Source: Candidatus Caldarchaeales archaeon (GTDB taxonomy: Archaea; Thermoproteota; Nitrososphaeria_A; Caldarchaeales; Calditenuaceae). From it: 43,247 bases of DNA. The stretch is from the NCBI GenBank assembly GCA_032249095.1, contig JAVVGN010000006.1:1-43247 (forward strand), given 5' to 3'. Shown here in pieces: positions 24,815 to 34,331 of this stretch. A program made the translations under genes and the position numbers. Every line of letters starts with the position of its first letter. Within the stretch, counting starts at the first letter, position 1. The notes below the pieces were generated by a model. That model saw only the letters and a list, made by a program, of their open reading frames with translations. It was not told the origin of the DNA and did no database searches.

Positions 24815-25210
24815 TCAATCTTCTTCCTCGGCGACTACCTTGTCCGCCTTCTCTCGGAGCCGCTCAGCCAACTTAATCGCCCGCTTCTTCACTTCGTCAG
24901 GCAAGTCAACACCTCGACGCGCCCCCGCCAATGCCTGTTGGGCAGCAATGACTCCTCGGCGGATAACCGTCGGTTTCCCGTCCACAACATCAGCGACAGG
25001 CAATTTGTAAGACTCAAACTTGTGGGGGTCCTCCGCATCATAGACGAGGAAAAAGGTCTTGTATCTGCGCCACTCGGAAGCACCCCACTCCGATGGATCC
25101 TTGTCGGAAACCCACTTTCGGGCGCGTCTGTCGGCAGCGTCCGCGTCCCACGCGCGATGGTCTGTAACAGGTAGGCGCAGAACGGCAGTATTTACCGTCC
25201 AACGCGCCAT
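24815..25210 (-). CDS. Hypothetical phage protein (131 aa)
   Basis: AGGAGGGAGAG RBS. The pattern AWDxxAA...YKLPV...GKPTV..RGV.AA..AL.GARGGV resembles a domain I recall from phage head-maturation/scaffold proteins. Unverified. Confidence 0.55.
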   Translation of the reverse strand: MARWTVNTAVLRLPVTDHRAWDADAADRRARKWVSDKDPSEWGASEWRRYKTFFLVYDAEDPHKFESYKLPVADVVDGKPTVIRRGVIAAQQALAGARRGVDLPDEVKKRAIKLAERLREKADKVVAEEED

Positions 25211-25305
25211 CGTCTCTCCCTCCTACACAAATTCGGGTTTACCCCCGCCGATATAATTTTAGCTTCGGAAGTACCCCATCCCCGCAGAGGATAGAGGCGC
25301 CGGAT

Positions 25306-26454
25306 TTAAAAGATGCTAATCGGCTCGCTTAGGCGAAGAACTGCTCTAAGCAAATAGGATTCATCAGGAGTGATGGAAGTGCTTATGCTTTCCACCATCG
25401 CCATCGCCCGCAAAGTAACCACATCAGAAAAAACAATGTCTATAGGAAATTGCTCCCGCACATAGTCGTAAATGTTAGTTAACTGAAAGACCGCCAAGTT
25501 GATATCGGAGGCAAGACCCGCCTGTAGCTCTAGCTGCATAGCAATGGGACCTTCTTTTACACTTTGGGCAACAGAGCCCCACTCGTCAGCCACTAACGGC
25601 TTGACGCGAGCTCCCCAGACAGCCACCTCCGAATCCTCTACCTCAGGAAAGGTATAGACAGGAGAAATTGTCCTCTCAAGGGAGAAAGTAAAACTATAAA
25701 CCAATCCCAATAAATCCACCCAAATTCCTGTAGGAAACCGAATGCTGATATCCCGAATAGTCAGTAGGTTGCTGGAAAAGAGGGAGGCAGCGGCAGCCGA
25801 AGAAGAAAAAACATCTATCCCCGTTCTATCAGTATACCAAGACAAATACGGGGTCAAAAAGTCCATACCGAAGGACACAATAGGCTTATCTCCCCCCGAA
25901 GAGCCTTGGATACGAACCCTTGTTGGGATAGCCATATGAGTCTCCACGACAAAACAGTGCCCTGCGAACTCTGGGATCATAGACAAGGCGACCAGTTGGA
26001 TACCATACTCCGGCGCCGATTCAAAACTTCTTCGCCTTCCACCTGCCTCATCATTCCATACCGACGAAAGAACCTCAGGCAGGAATTCCTTGGAAAGTGA
26101 CCCCGTGATGGAAATGGAACGCCCACCTATAGGGACGGGCTTGAACGTAAAGGCAAAAAGTTTACCAAGTATCTCAAGAGGAGCTATCCCAAAGTCACCG
26201 CTAACTGTTACACCGTCAATAGGAGGAGCAGGCAAATAAGGCAAATCTAAAAGATTAAAACCATAGACACGATAAGCATTTCCATAGGCTAAAGCTGATC
26301 TTAGGATCCGACGTTCTTTTCCCTGCGACCTTCCATGCGACCCCGCCCCCTCCCCAGATTCATCCGTCTGAAGGATTCTGAATGGGATAGGTGTCGCTGT
26401 CCTCAACCACCTAATTATTGACACTTTTACATTCTTCCCAGAAAACAGAATCAA
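25306..26454 (-). CDS. Hypothetical beta-rich protein, probable virion structural component
   Basis: TTG start 7 nt after GGAGGAG. Composition and neighbourhood only. Confidence 0.5.
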   Translation of the reverse strand: MILFSGKNVKVSIIRWLRTATPIPFRILQTDESGEGAGSHGRSQGKERRILRSALAYGNAYRVYGFNLLDLPYLPAPPIDGVTVSGDFGIAPLEILGKLFAFTFKPVPIGGRSISITGSLSKEFLPEVLSSVWNDEAGGRRRSFESAPEYGIQLVALSMIPEFAGHCFVVETHMAIPTRVRIQGSSGGDKPIVSFGMDFLTPYLSWYTDRTGIDVFSSSAAAASLFSSNLLTIRDISIRFPTGIWVDLLGLVYSFTFSLERTISPVYTFPEVEDSEVAVWGARVKPLVADEWGSVAQSVKEGPIAMQLELQAGLASDINLAVFQLTNIYDYVREQFPIDIVFSDVVTLRAMAMVESISTSITPDESYLLRAVLRLSEPISIF

Positions 26455-26473
26455 GGCACTACTCCTCCGATTT

Positions 26474-27394
26474 TCAAGTACCGTAAGAAAAATCTAATGC
26501 CCGCAAAGAAACCGTTGCCTCCAATGCCCCCTCAACCCTCACGGAAGTGTTCCCCTCACCAAGCCGCGCAGAATAAAATGAGAAGGTAGTTGGCACTCCC
26601 CCCTCAGGATAAATGGTCATCATGATTTGGTAGACCCCCGTATGCGGCTGGAACTCTATATTGCGTCCAAGCCATAAAACAGCATCGGGCGATAAGGCAA
26701 GTTGCAACTCCACATCCCAACGATTAATAGAGAAGTCATTGGCGACTTTGACGGGGGATATTCCGACACGGTGCCGCCAAGTAACAGGGGCATTAATCCT
26801 CACTTCGGCACCGACGATACCATGCGGCGGAACATGCGGGGGGTCGAAACTCAAAGCGATGTTTCTTATCGTAATGAATTCGTCATTAGGATTAACAGTC
26901 GAGAGAACTGGTAAGGTTGTGTCTGTAAGGTTAGCCATATTAAATGACCAAGTGATTGAAACGGTTGCAGGATTGCTTCCGCGCGCTTGAAATTCCCACC
27001 GCGTCGGCACGGCCTCGGGAATATCTATGACAACGAAACTTCCCGTTACGAAGGGGTTCACAAAAGCAACACGAAGACGCTGCTTGTAAAACGGGGGGAA
27101 ACCCCCGACAGGGCGCCCCATAAACGGAAAGAGCACGGGGTTAGTAAGGTGAGAAGCCTGTAGAAAGAATGTCGCCGAAAGGTTTCTAGGCGGCACTACT
27201 CCCGTCGCAATAGTTGCATAGGTGTCTGCACCAACCGACTTAACCGGCACGGTAAAAAACGAGAGGGGTACGGCTATTTCCCTGACCAGCGGCATCGCCA
27301 GCCAAGGAAACTCCATAGCCATCCCATCAGAAGCATAGGACGACCAATTGGAGACAATAATTGTACAATCTCGTCCAGAAAGACCATACAACAT
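26474..27394 (-). CDS. Hypothetical beta-rich protein, probable virion structural component
   Basis: Abuts 27395-28060 with no gap. No family recognised. Confidence 0.5.
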   Translation of the reverse strand: MLYGLSGRDCTIIVSNWSSYASDGMAMEFPWLAMPLVREIAVPLSFFTVPVKSVGADTYATIATGVVPPRNLSATFFLQASHLTNPVLFPFMGRPVGGFPPFYKQRLRVAFVNPFVTGSFVVIDIPEAVPTRWEFQARGSNPATVSITWSFNMANLTDTTLPVLSTVNPNDEFITIRNIALSFDPPHVPPHGIVGAEVRINAPVTWRHRVGISPVKVANDFSINRWDVELQLALSPDAVLWLGRNIEFQPHTGVYQIMMTIYPEGGVPTTFSFYSARLGEGNTSVRVEGALEATVSLRALDFSYGT

Positions 27395-28060
27395 TTACTT
27401 ATCGACCTCTAGGAGGATGGCTACCGCTCCCGCTGCTTGAGAAGCAACAAAAATATTTCCGTCACTATTGACGACGACTTTAAAAGGTGGACGCGGTCTC
27501 TCAAAGACTTGACCTTCAACATCTACTATCCTATCACGTACCTTTATTTTCCCGCTAGAGACAACGATTTTGTCTTCAGTAAGCTGCACATTTAAGCCAG
27601 AAATCACCTCGACATCGCGCTCAGGAAGAGGCGGCAATGGGTGGGGATTCGTCCTTGGAATATCCCCAATAGAGACCGCCGAAAGGAAGTGGGAAGACAT
27701 AAAGCGTCCCCCCACCGTCATACGGCGAACCAGCGTCATGTGCGGACCAACAAACCCCATGAGATAGGCATTTCTCACATGTTCTCGAATTTCTCGAAAT
27801 GGGCGCCGCACCCACATATCCATGTAATAAATCTTCTGCATCTCTTGTTCATGCAAATGCAGCAACTCCAACAGCTTAGCATCTTCCTCAGCCACAGCAC
27901 TCGCTGGCCGAGGAAGGTCAATATAAATTGGAATGTTGTCTTCTCCAACTGAAGTACCCCCCACCCCAGGGGGTTCCGTAGCCCCTGCGCCTTGACCTTG
28001 ACGCGGAAATCGCCCGAGCAGAGCATTTTCACGGCGCAACAATCGACCATCACCCAACAA
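27395..28060 (-). CDS. Hypothetical protein; start uncertain (TTG at 28060, no early ATG)
   Basis: ORF directly upstream of 26474-27394 in the same operon-like string. Confidence 0.45.
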   Translation of the reverse strand: MLGDGRLLRRENALLGRFPRQGQGAGATEPPGVGGTSVGEDNIPIYIDLPRPASAVAEEDAKLLELLHLHEQEMQKIYYMDMWVRRPFREIREHVRNAYLMGFVGPHMTLVRRMTVGGRFMSSHFLSAVSIGDIPRTNPHPLPPLPERDVEVISGLNVQLTEDKIVVSSGKIKVRDRIVDVEGQVFERPRPPFKVVVNSDGNIFVASQAAGAVAILLEVDK

Positions 28061-28084
28061 ACGATTTTAATTTAAAATCTACTG

Positions 28085-28954
28085 ATGGGGAGGTATAAAT
28101 TTAGGATGCTGACAACTGCCGCCATCGCCGCCGTCCTAATAGAAAAAACCAATACCAGCATACCATGGGAGTGGCAGATACTTCTATGGGGGTGGCTCTT
28201 CCTCGCCGCTGTCAAGGAATATCACTACAGCGACATTTTGTTCCTCATAGATGTAGCGTTGTTCATTGCTCTCTCCACTTTTTGCCCCGCATTGCTACCG
28301 TTAGGAACGGACGCACTGGTCATCGCCGCCCTCTTTACCCTCCTCAAGAGAGCCTCCCTCAATACCGACCAACTACTACAGAAGCATACCAAGTGGATAA
28401 CCGCTCTCCTAATAACCCTCGTCCTATTGGACGTTTTCCTTGTTATTGCCGTCTACCCTCGCATAAAACAGCTAGCCCTCCACTTCACTATCCCAGCCTA
28501 TATAAGCGGGCCAAGAGTGGGGGAGTGGTTTCCCATTTTAGGCAGCGGGGATTACCTCGTAGCAGGCACTCTAATGTCCCTTCTTAATATGCGCTGGCTT
28601 CAAGCGTGCGCTGCCCTTACTATTGCCCTCTTAGCTTGCTTTTACCTTCCAGACGCCATTAGCCAATGGCTACAATTCATACCAGCCCTCCTTTTTATAG
28701 TGCCTTCCTTCCTTTTCGTTTGGTTTCTATGTACTAATATCTCTAAGAGACTCCCGAAACAAACCGAACCCCTTCCGCTAGTCTCTGGCAGAGGCGCTTG
28801 GGGGCTTTACTATCTCGCTATGCAGCGCCAAAATAAGACAAGCGGAGGTGACACGAGGACAGCGCCTGTCGCTGACGTGAGCGACGAAGGACTGTCCGAC
28901 GCCTGTGAGCTGCCATCGGCTAAAGCCAACAGCTTTTTGCAGGCACGACGCTGA
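28085..28954 (+). CDS. Polytopic membrane protein (about 7-8 TM helices); the last ~17 codons are read from mini-element M2
   Basis: Repeated hydrophobic segments (for example LFLAAV.., LFIALSTFCPALLPLG, ITALLITLVLLDVFLVIAVY, FIPALLFIVPSFLFVWFL). The frame enters element M2 at 28904. Confidence 0.6.
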   Translation: MGRYKFRMLTTAAIAAVLIEKTNTSIPWEWQILLWGWLFLAAVKEYHYSDILFLIDVALFIALSTFCPALLPLGTDALVIAALFTLLKRASLNTDQLLQKHTKWITALLITLVLLDVFLVIAVYPRIKQLALHFTIPAYISGPRVGEWFPILGSGDYLVAGTLMSLLNMRWLQACAALTIALLACFYLPDAISQWLQFIPALLFIVPSFLFVWFLCTNISKRLPKQTEPLPLVSGRGAWGLYYLAMQRQNKTSGGDTRTAPVADVSDEGLSDACELPSAKANSFLQARR

Positions 28955-29109
28955 CTTAAAGTCAGCGCCCCTGCGGGCTCGCTCCGAACCCAAGCCATCG
29001 GGCGGCTCTCTAAGCCTGCCCGATAAAATTATAACGCGAGAGCAAGGAGGTGAAAGGGCGCATTTACCTGTCGGCTAAAACCGACAGCTCCCTGCGCCCA
29101 GTTTTTATG
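28904..29109 (-). mobile_element. Miniature non-autonomous IS200/IS605-type element, subfamily A copy M2
   Basis: Collinear with 12-210 and with both ends of 2676-4416. LE hairpin 29068-29087. TATAAT on the minus strand at 29028-29033. RE end ...GCTGTTGGCTTTAGCCGATGGCAGCTCACA (minus sense). Confidence 0.65.
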
Positions 29110-29493
29110 GCAAATCAGAAACTTTTCGAAGCTAGTCCCACCGAAACGGGTATCGTGAAAATCGTGTGGCGACTGGACAGCGTAGGCTCAGGCGGAATGA
29201 ATTCAAATGCCATTCCTTTATATGTCACTAACAGAAAGCTGGTCATTTTGGGGGTGAGCGGAACCGCAACTGTCACGATAAAACTTTACGCTGACCTGCG
29301 AGATGTCCCAGCGGCGCCCAACGATTTCCCGCCAGCGGGAATTGCCCTTCTAGGCACATTGGGACCTTACTCTCTGTCGCCTGACACAGCAATCGTTGAG
29401 AACTTTCCGCTATATGCGGACTTCGCCGAGCCAACGGTATCCAATATCGGAGGCACATTCGTTGCCTATGCCATTATCGAAGGAGCACTTTGA
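29107..29493 (+). CDS. Small hypothetical beta-rich protein (129 aa)
   Basis: ATG 29107-29109 coincides with the terminal CAT of element M2. The longer GTG-initiated ORF from 29050 would be translated from element sequence. Confidence 0.5.
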   Translation: MANQKLFEASPTETGIVKIVWRLDSVGSGGMNSNAIPLYVTNRKLVILGVSGTATVTIKLYADLRDVPAAPNDFPPAGIALLGTLGPYSLSPDTAIVENFPLYADFAEPTVSNIGGTFVAYAIIEGAL

Positions 29494-29749
29494 AAATGGA
29501 TGGAGCTATAAACTTAACTTGGCAAAGAATTACACAGGATTTGTACTTTTTCTCCCAACCAACGCAGGAGCTTTCGCAAAAAAGATAGGATTTTCGCCAA
29601 CCAAATTCGTCTACAAGCACTACAAAATGTGGGTTGTCGTCTGCAAAGGAAGAAGAGCAATGGACATCGAAGGTTTCCTCAAAAGGAACGGCTTAACACT
29701 ACTTTTGGAGGATGACATCATAGAACGGTGTTACCCCTTTCCCCTCTGA
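29396..29749 (+). CDS. Possible small ORF; start unclear
   Basis: Overlaps 29107-29493 by 98 nt, with no convincing start or RBS downstream of the overlap. Confidence 0.3.
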   Translation: MRTFRYMRTSPSQRYPISEAHSLPMPLSKEHFENGWSYKLNLAKNYTGFVLFLPTNAGAFAKKIGFSPTKFVYKHYKMWVVVCKGRRAMDIEGFLKRNGLTLLLEDDIIERCYPFPL

Positions 29750-29764
29750 AATCCTTCGGATGCT

Positions 29765-29794
29765 AGAGTTAATTTCGGCGCCGAAATTAACTCT
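29765..29794. repeat. 30-bp perfect palindrome, copy 4 of 5
   Basis: Exact copy between convergent genes. Its last base is also the first base (29794) of the polA stop-codon complement. Confidence 0.9.
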
Positions 29795-32352
29795 TAAATC
29801 CCCCTGCGCCGAAACGGAGAAAGATGTAACTCCTCCATCAGCTGGACGCCCCGTTCGGCAAGACCTGCCCTCCACATAGCGGTAACCCCCAAAGGTTGCT
29901 TCTCACCTTCATCTCCCAATGATTGATAGCAAAAACGAAATTCACCATCTATCGGAACAGCCAACTGCCATCGCGCCGATACAAGGGTCATCGCGTCCCG
30001 CAAGCATTCCAAGGCTTGTTCTTCGCAGCCCACCCGCACTTCTGCCAGCATACTATCGTGGATGGTAGCGAGAAGAGCGACGGCATCCGACCCTAACCGC
30101 TTATAAGAGAGGCGGACGAACCAGAGCGTCACCATCTGCCACCAATCCGATGCTTCCGACTGAATGACAAAGTTACCTATCTGACGAAGGGCACGGGGGT
30201 CCCCCCGCACGGCGGCATAGGCACGCCGATATCTCCCAAGCCAATTTCGCACGAACCCGTGTTGTTTCCCAAACGCGTGTACCGCCTCCATATAGCGGAA
30301 GACCTCAGGATAATGGTCGCGCAACCGACTAATGTAAAGATTGGCTTCCTCCTCAGGCAGGCGCAAAAGGCGCGCCAACCCAAAAGGAGACATCCCGTAA
30401 AAGATACCGAGGACGACTTGCTTCGCTATCTGCCTCTCTCTTTTACGGTCAATCTCTTCGGGAGGTTTCCGAAAGATAATGCTCGCCACCTCCGTATAAA
30501 CATCGTTTCCGCTGTAAAAAGCCTCTATCAGATTCGGGTCGCCACTTTTTGCCGCCATCACACGGACTTCAAACTGAGAGGCATCACATTCCAAAAAGCA
30601 ACAGCCTGAAGTGGGAACGAAAATTCGGCGAGCCTGCCGGCCCGATTCCGTCCGCTCCGAGGGGAAGTTGTGAAAGGGAGGCTCTTCAACAGACAAACGC
30701 CCAGTCCGTGTTCCGAAGAATTTGAATTCGGGGCGAATGCGCCCGTCTATATCTACGAATTTCGTCCACTGGCGCAAATAGGATGAATAAAGCTTGTCCA
30801 ACTGCGAGAACTCTATCAAGCGAGAGAGAATTTCAGAGTGCTCAGGGTAATGCTCAAGGAAATACGACAAAACTTGCCGACGGGTCGTCTCGTCCCCCCC
30901 TTCAGGCGGCTGCAACCGCAACACCTGATATAGGTAGTATTTCTTCTCTTGCCAGCTGCGCGGGTTCTTGATGTGTCCCTTCGACAACTGCCTTATCTCC
31001 ACCGTAAGGGCGTCCAACCGCTGGCGGACAATATTTGCAATATCCTTCCGCAACAGGTCGGTATTGACCCCAATCCCTCGGTCGGAAGCAACGGCATAGA
31101 GGCACTCTAACGGATAAATCAATTCCGAAAGGAGAAAATCTAAGTCAGCCTCCCGAATTTGCGCCTGCAGATAGTGATAAAGTCGCACCGTCCAATAAGC
31201 GTCATTAGCATTATATCGGCACAGTTCGTCCCACGACAACTTTCCAAGTCCAGCGGTGCGACGAGCCTCCTGCACACGATCATCTACCCACGAAGGGGCG
31301 CCGAGCAGGCGCATAGCCATATTTTTGAGCCCATACTCATGGTCATCCCGTTCCTCATCCAACACATAATACATCAACATCGTATCAGCGAAAGACCGAG
31401 GCGACGGCACAGCCCCCCAAAGGCGATGGAACCACATCAATTCAAAGAGGGCGTTGTGATAAACCTTGCGAGGCACCGTGCGGAAAATGAGATCGCGCAA
31501 GGGCGAAAGGCGGGGAAAGTCCAGAAGACCATCCTTATCTGCAATAACAACCGTCCGGTCCCCATCCGACAGCCCCACTGCAAGTACCTGCGCCGCTTTC
31601 GTCTTCCCCCGCGTCACCAGCTGGTAACCCCGATAAGCAGGGTCGACGACATCCACCTCAATATCACAAGCAATCACCTCGCGCTCAGAGAAATACCGGC
31701 AGACATCTTCCACTTCCGCGGGAGTGCTTACTACCTCATAGCTAAATGGCGGGACAGCACCACCAGCAGCCGCCAGCCGCCGCTTTACGGAAATAAGTGT
31801 GTCGGTAATCGGCCCCCACAAATTGGGGTTTCGGACAGCAGCGGCTGGATGATAAGTCCAACAAACCCATATCCCGCGCCACTGGACAAATTCACCGTGC
31901 GGCGGTCTCTTCACCCGAATAGCCCTAAAAAACTCGCCTGCGGCAATCGCCCCCAAAAGGCATATATATTGAGGTCGGTACTTCTGGATTTCCTTCATAA
32001 GGTTAATTGAGCAACATTTAGCAGCTGCTCTTAACATCTCATCACTAACATTTGTTTCTGGTAAGATTACACACTTGATAATGTTTGTTAAAATGGAATG
32101 ATCCCAAAGACCGATATCCTGAAGTTTTTCCGCAAACATCTCGCTGCTATAGCCGACGAATGCCATTTCCTTCTCCATCTCCTCCTTTGCTGGGTGTTGC
32201 CCGACAAACAAAATGATGGGTTCACGAAGGACTTTCGGCTGACGCACCGTCGTCACTTGCTTCGGCGAAAGTTGCCTTTGCCAGATCGGGCATGACGGGC
32301 AATTGTCACAGATGACAGGCAAGCGCCCATCTTCCGCGCCGATGTAAAGCAT
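29794..32352 (-). CDS. polA: Family A DNA polymerase with 3'-5' exonuclease and an N-terminal UDG (family 4)-like domain
   Basis: UDG-like: CDNCPSCP..ILFVGQHPAKEEMEKEMAFVGYSSEMF..LTNIIKCV. Exo I: IACDIEVD. Pol motif A: DASQFEVRV. Motif B: RERQIAKQVVLGIFYGMS. Motif C: ATIHDSMLAEV. Confidence 0.9.
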   Translation of the reverse strand: MLYIGAEDGRLPVICDNCPSCPIWQRQLSPKQVTTVRQPKVLREPIILFVGQHPAKEEMEKEMAFVGYSSEMFAEKLQDIGLWDHSILTNIIKCVILPETNVSDEMLRAAAKCCSINLMKEIQKYRPQYICLLGAIAAGEFFRAIRVKRPPHGEFVQWRGIWVCWTYHPAAAVRNPNLWGPITDTLISVKRRLAAAGGAVPPFSYEVVSTPAEVEDVCRYFSEREVIACDIEVDVVDPAYRGYQLVTRGKTKAAQVLAVGLSDGDRTVVIADKDGLLDFPRLSPLRDLIFRTVPRKVYHNALFELMWFHRLWGAVPSPRSFADTMLMYYVLDEERDDHEYGLKNMAMRLLGAPSWVDDRVQEARRTAGLGKLSWDELCRYNANDAYWTVRLYHYLQAQIREADLDFLLSELIYPLECLYAVASDRGIGVNTDLLRKDIANIVRQRLDALTVEIRQLSKGHIKNPRSWQEKKYYLYQVLRLQPPEGGDETTRRQVLSYFLEHYPEHSEILSRLIEFSQLDKLYSSYLRQWTKFVDIDGRIRPEFKFFGTRTGRLSVEEPPFHNFPSERTESGRQARRIFVPTSGCCFLECDASQFEVRVMAAKSGDPNLIEAFYSGNDVYTEVASIIFRKPPEEIDRKRERQIAKQVVLGIFYGMSPFGLARLLRLPEEEANLYISRLRDHYPEVFRYMEAVHAFGKQHGFVRNWLGRYRRAYAAVRGDPRALRQIGNFVIQSEASDWWQMVTLWFVRLSYKRLGSDAVALLATIHDSMLAEVRVGCEEQALECLRDAMTLVSARWQLAVPIDGEFRFCYQSLGDEGEKQPLGVTAMWRAGLAERGVQLMEELHLSPFRRRGI

Positions 32353-32446
32353 CTAGGCATCCTCCTTTCCGCCCAGCGAATATTTTACAGAGGCTGCACT
32401 GGGAGCGTTAGCGGCTAAACCCGGAGCCCCTACCGATTGCGAGGAG

Positions 32447-33814
32447 CTACGGAATAAGGGCCCATACAACGGTTACCCAGTCGTCCCGCTCATTTCTGAA
32501 ACGGAGATATCCCCGCCCAACAGGTCTCACAAGCTTATCTGGGTAAACAGGAACTACACCTGCTAACATCCAAAAGTTCCCGTCAGGGGACAATAGCACC
32601 CGAACCCGCGATTCCTCCACTAAGCTTGTCGCATGCAAGGTCGCACTAGCGAAGGGAACCCTCAAAGTAGTCAGCGACAACGGCGGGATAATTGAGACCC
32701 CCCACACCGATGCATCTGGCAGGGGCGAGATATCCAAGATATCATCAATAGTTAAACACCGCACAAAAGCATCCCCAGCCCTTTCCCCCACCCCCACAGC
32801 CACGAAGGTTAGGGAATCCCCCCTTCTTATCCACTCCGTCCCGATGTGAGCGAGGGCATCAGCTCGGAACGCCAAAGCATTTGAGCTTAGGTGGGCAACG
32901 GCATCACCGAGGCGCTCCGCCAATGCGGTGGCAAAAATAGCCAAAGCGTCCGCCCGCCCCTCCCGAAGAAGAGAAGATAAGTGCACTAAAGCATCCGCCC
33001 GAAGACTGACAGGAATGCCCAGTATAGTGAAAGCGTCACCGTCTACAGAGGTTGCCGAGTCAGAAAACCGAGCCGCCGCATCAGCGGATAACCAAAACTC
33101 TGCTATGGCAATAGCCAGCACCTTAATGACCTTCTGCATATAATCTGACTCGGCAAAACCATCAATCAGCGGATAAAGAGAAGTGATACTATCTGGTAGC
33201 GACCGCAAAAACCCAGCAGGTTGGTAAATGGGAGGCGGAGTCATTTGAGTAGTAACAAGAGGCGCACTTTGACGGAGACCGCTTCTCAACGCCCCCCAAA
33301 GGTCACGAGGAAGTTGCACTTGCTGGCTCTGATAAGAATAAACAACGTAGGTTACTGGCTCTCCGTTCACCCGCAAAATGCAGTAAGAGTCACTTGTGGG
33401 AGTAGACGTATCACGATACTCTAGCCGCAGCCAAACAGGAAAGGCAGAACGAGATGGGATGGAGAGAACTAAGGATGCTGACCAAACGCCAGAGATGACA
33501 GGGCTGGCGTTTTCATTTTCAAGAAAATCAACATGAAAGGTAGGCGATTGCGCCCCTAAAGCAATGTAAACCTCCTCAGGCCTCGTCGGCGGGAAAGGGC
33601 CGATGACTTCCAAGGTGGCATTGTCGACAACGGTATCGGATGGGTTGTAAAGGTAGAGGCACCGATGATAAGGTTGAGGGGTAAGGACAGGAGGCGGGAA
33701 AAGCAACCCAACATTATAAACTTCTACCTGCCGACTGGAGATATAACGCCCCCGAGAAAACTGCGGAATAGTAGCCCCCCATAACTCTATCGCTCCGGAA
33801 TAATAAAGCTTCAA
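32447..33814 (-). CDS. Hypothetical protein with internal ADAL/GDAV repeats, possibly structural (fibre or baseplate-like)
   Basis: Reiterated segments: RADALVHLSSLL, RADALAIFATAL, GDAVAHLSSNAL, RADALAHIGTEW. Otherwise beta-rich. Confidence 0.5.
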   Translation of the reverse strand: MKLYYSGAIELWGATIPQFSRGRYISSRQVEVYNVGLLFPPPVLTPQPYHRCLYLYNPSDTVVDNATLEVIGPFPPTRPEEVYIALGAQSPTFHVDFLENENASPVISGVWSASLVLSIPSRSAFPVWLRLEYRDTSTPTSDSYCILRVNGEPVTYVVYSYQSQQVQLPRDLWGALRSGLRQSAPLVTTQMTPPPIYQPAGFLRSLPDSITSLYPLIDGFAESDYMQKVIKVLAIAIAEFWLSADAAARFSDSATSVDGDAFTILGIPVSLRADALVHLSSLLREGRADALAIFATALAERLGDAVAHLSSNALAFRADALAHIGTEWIRRGDSLTFVAVGVGERAGDAFVRCLTIDDILDISPLPDASVWGVSIIPPLSLTTLRVPFASATLHATSLVEESRVRVLLSPDGNFWMLAGVVPVYPDKLVRPVGRGYLRFRNERDDWVTVVWALIP

Positions 33815-33820
33815 ATATTG

Positions 33821-34291
33821 CTACCCCCTTTCCTCGATTTTTACCCGCAATAGCCGCCTGCCCTTGAATTTCCAAACGCCTACTTTGGCAACAACCGAGT
33901 GTCGTAGGCGCCAACGCCCGTCGCACCCCAACTTGGCATCGCTCAAGTGCTTGGGTACCCAAACGATGAAAAGATACGGCACAAAGCCCAAATTTTCCTT
34001 GTCTGCGGACGACGGACGAAGGAGAGCATCCGCACCAGGATGCGAATGAAAAGTGCCTATTACCCGCTCCCCCCTCCTGCTCTGCTCTATATTTGACTTA
34101 AAAATTAAAAGTTTTTCTGGTTTAAAAATAACTTCATCTCTTTTATTAATTACCGACTGGAGGGGAAGGACGTCCGTTACGATGTTGTCCTGCCCCAATA
34201 CAAAGCCGAAGCACTCCTTGGGGAATATCTCCTCCGCCGCCAACACCATCGTCAATAAATGCTGCCGAGAAATATAAATCCGCTCCTTCAT
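33821..34291 (-). CDS. JAB/MPN (JAMM) metalloprotease-like protein
   Basis: E..CFGFVLG followed by HSHPGADALLRPSSADKE (the HxHx7Sx2D JAMM motif). The ATG at 34291 follows AGGTGGGTGG. The 5' extension to 34450 overlaps the divergent gene. Confidence 0.7.
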   Translation of the reverse strand: MKERIYISRQHLLTMVLAAEEIFPKECFGFVLGQDNIVTDVLPLQSVINKRDEVIFKPEKLLIFKSNIEQSRRGERVIGTFHSHPGADALLRPSSADKENLGFVPYLFIVWVPKHLSDAKLGCDGRWRLRHSVVAKVGVWKFKGRRLLRVKIEERG

Positions 34292-34331
34292 AAGGGACCA
34301 CCCACCTAAAATTTTAGCGGCAGGAAGGATT

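Noticed and set aside
12-29109. The two ~200-bp direct repeats (12-210 and 28904-29109) as prophage att sites or terminal repeats bracketing a 29-kb unit
   Set aside because: Both are collinear with the left and right ends of the IS200/IS605 element at 2676-4416, and further diverged copies exist. They are therefore dispersed mini-elements, not att or LTR sequences.
31159-32010. 283-aa plus-strand ORF
   Set aside because: It is antisense to the well-supported polA gene and has no motifs.
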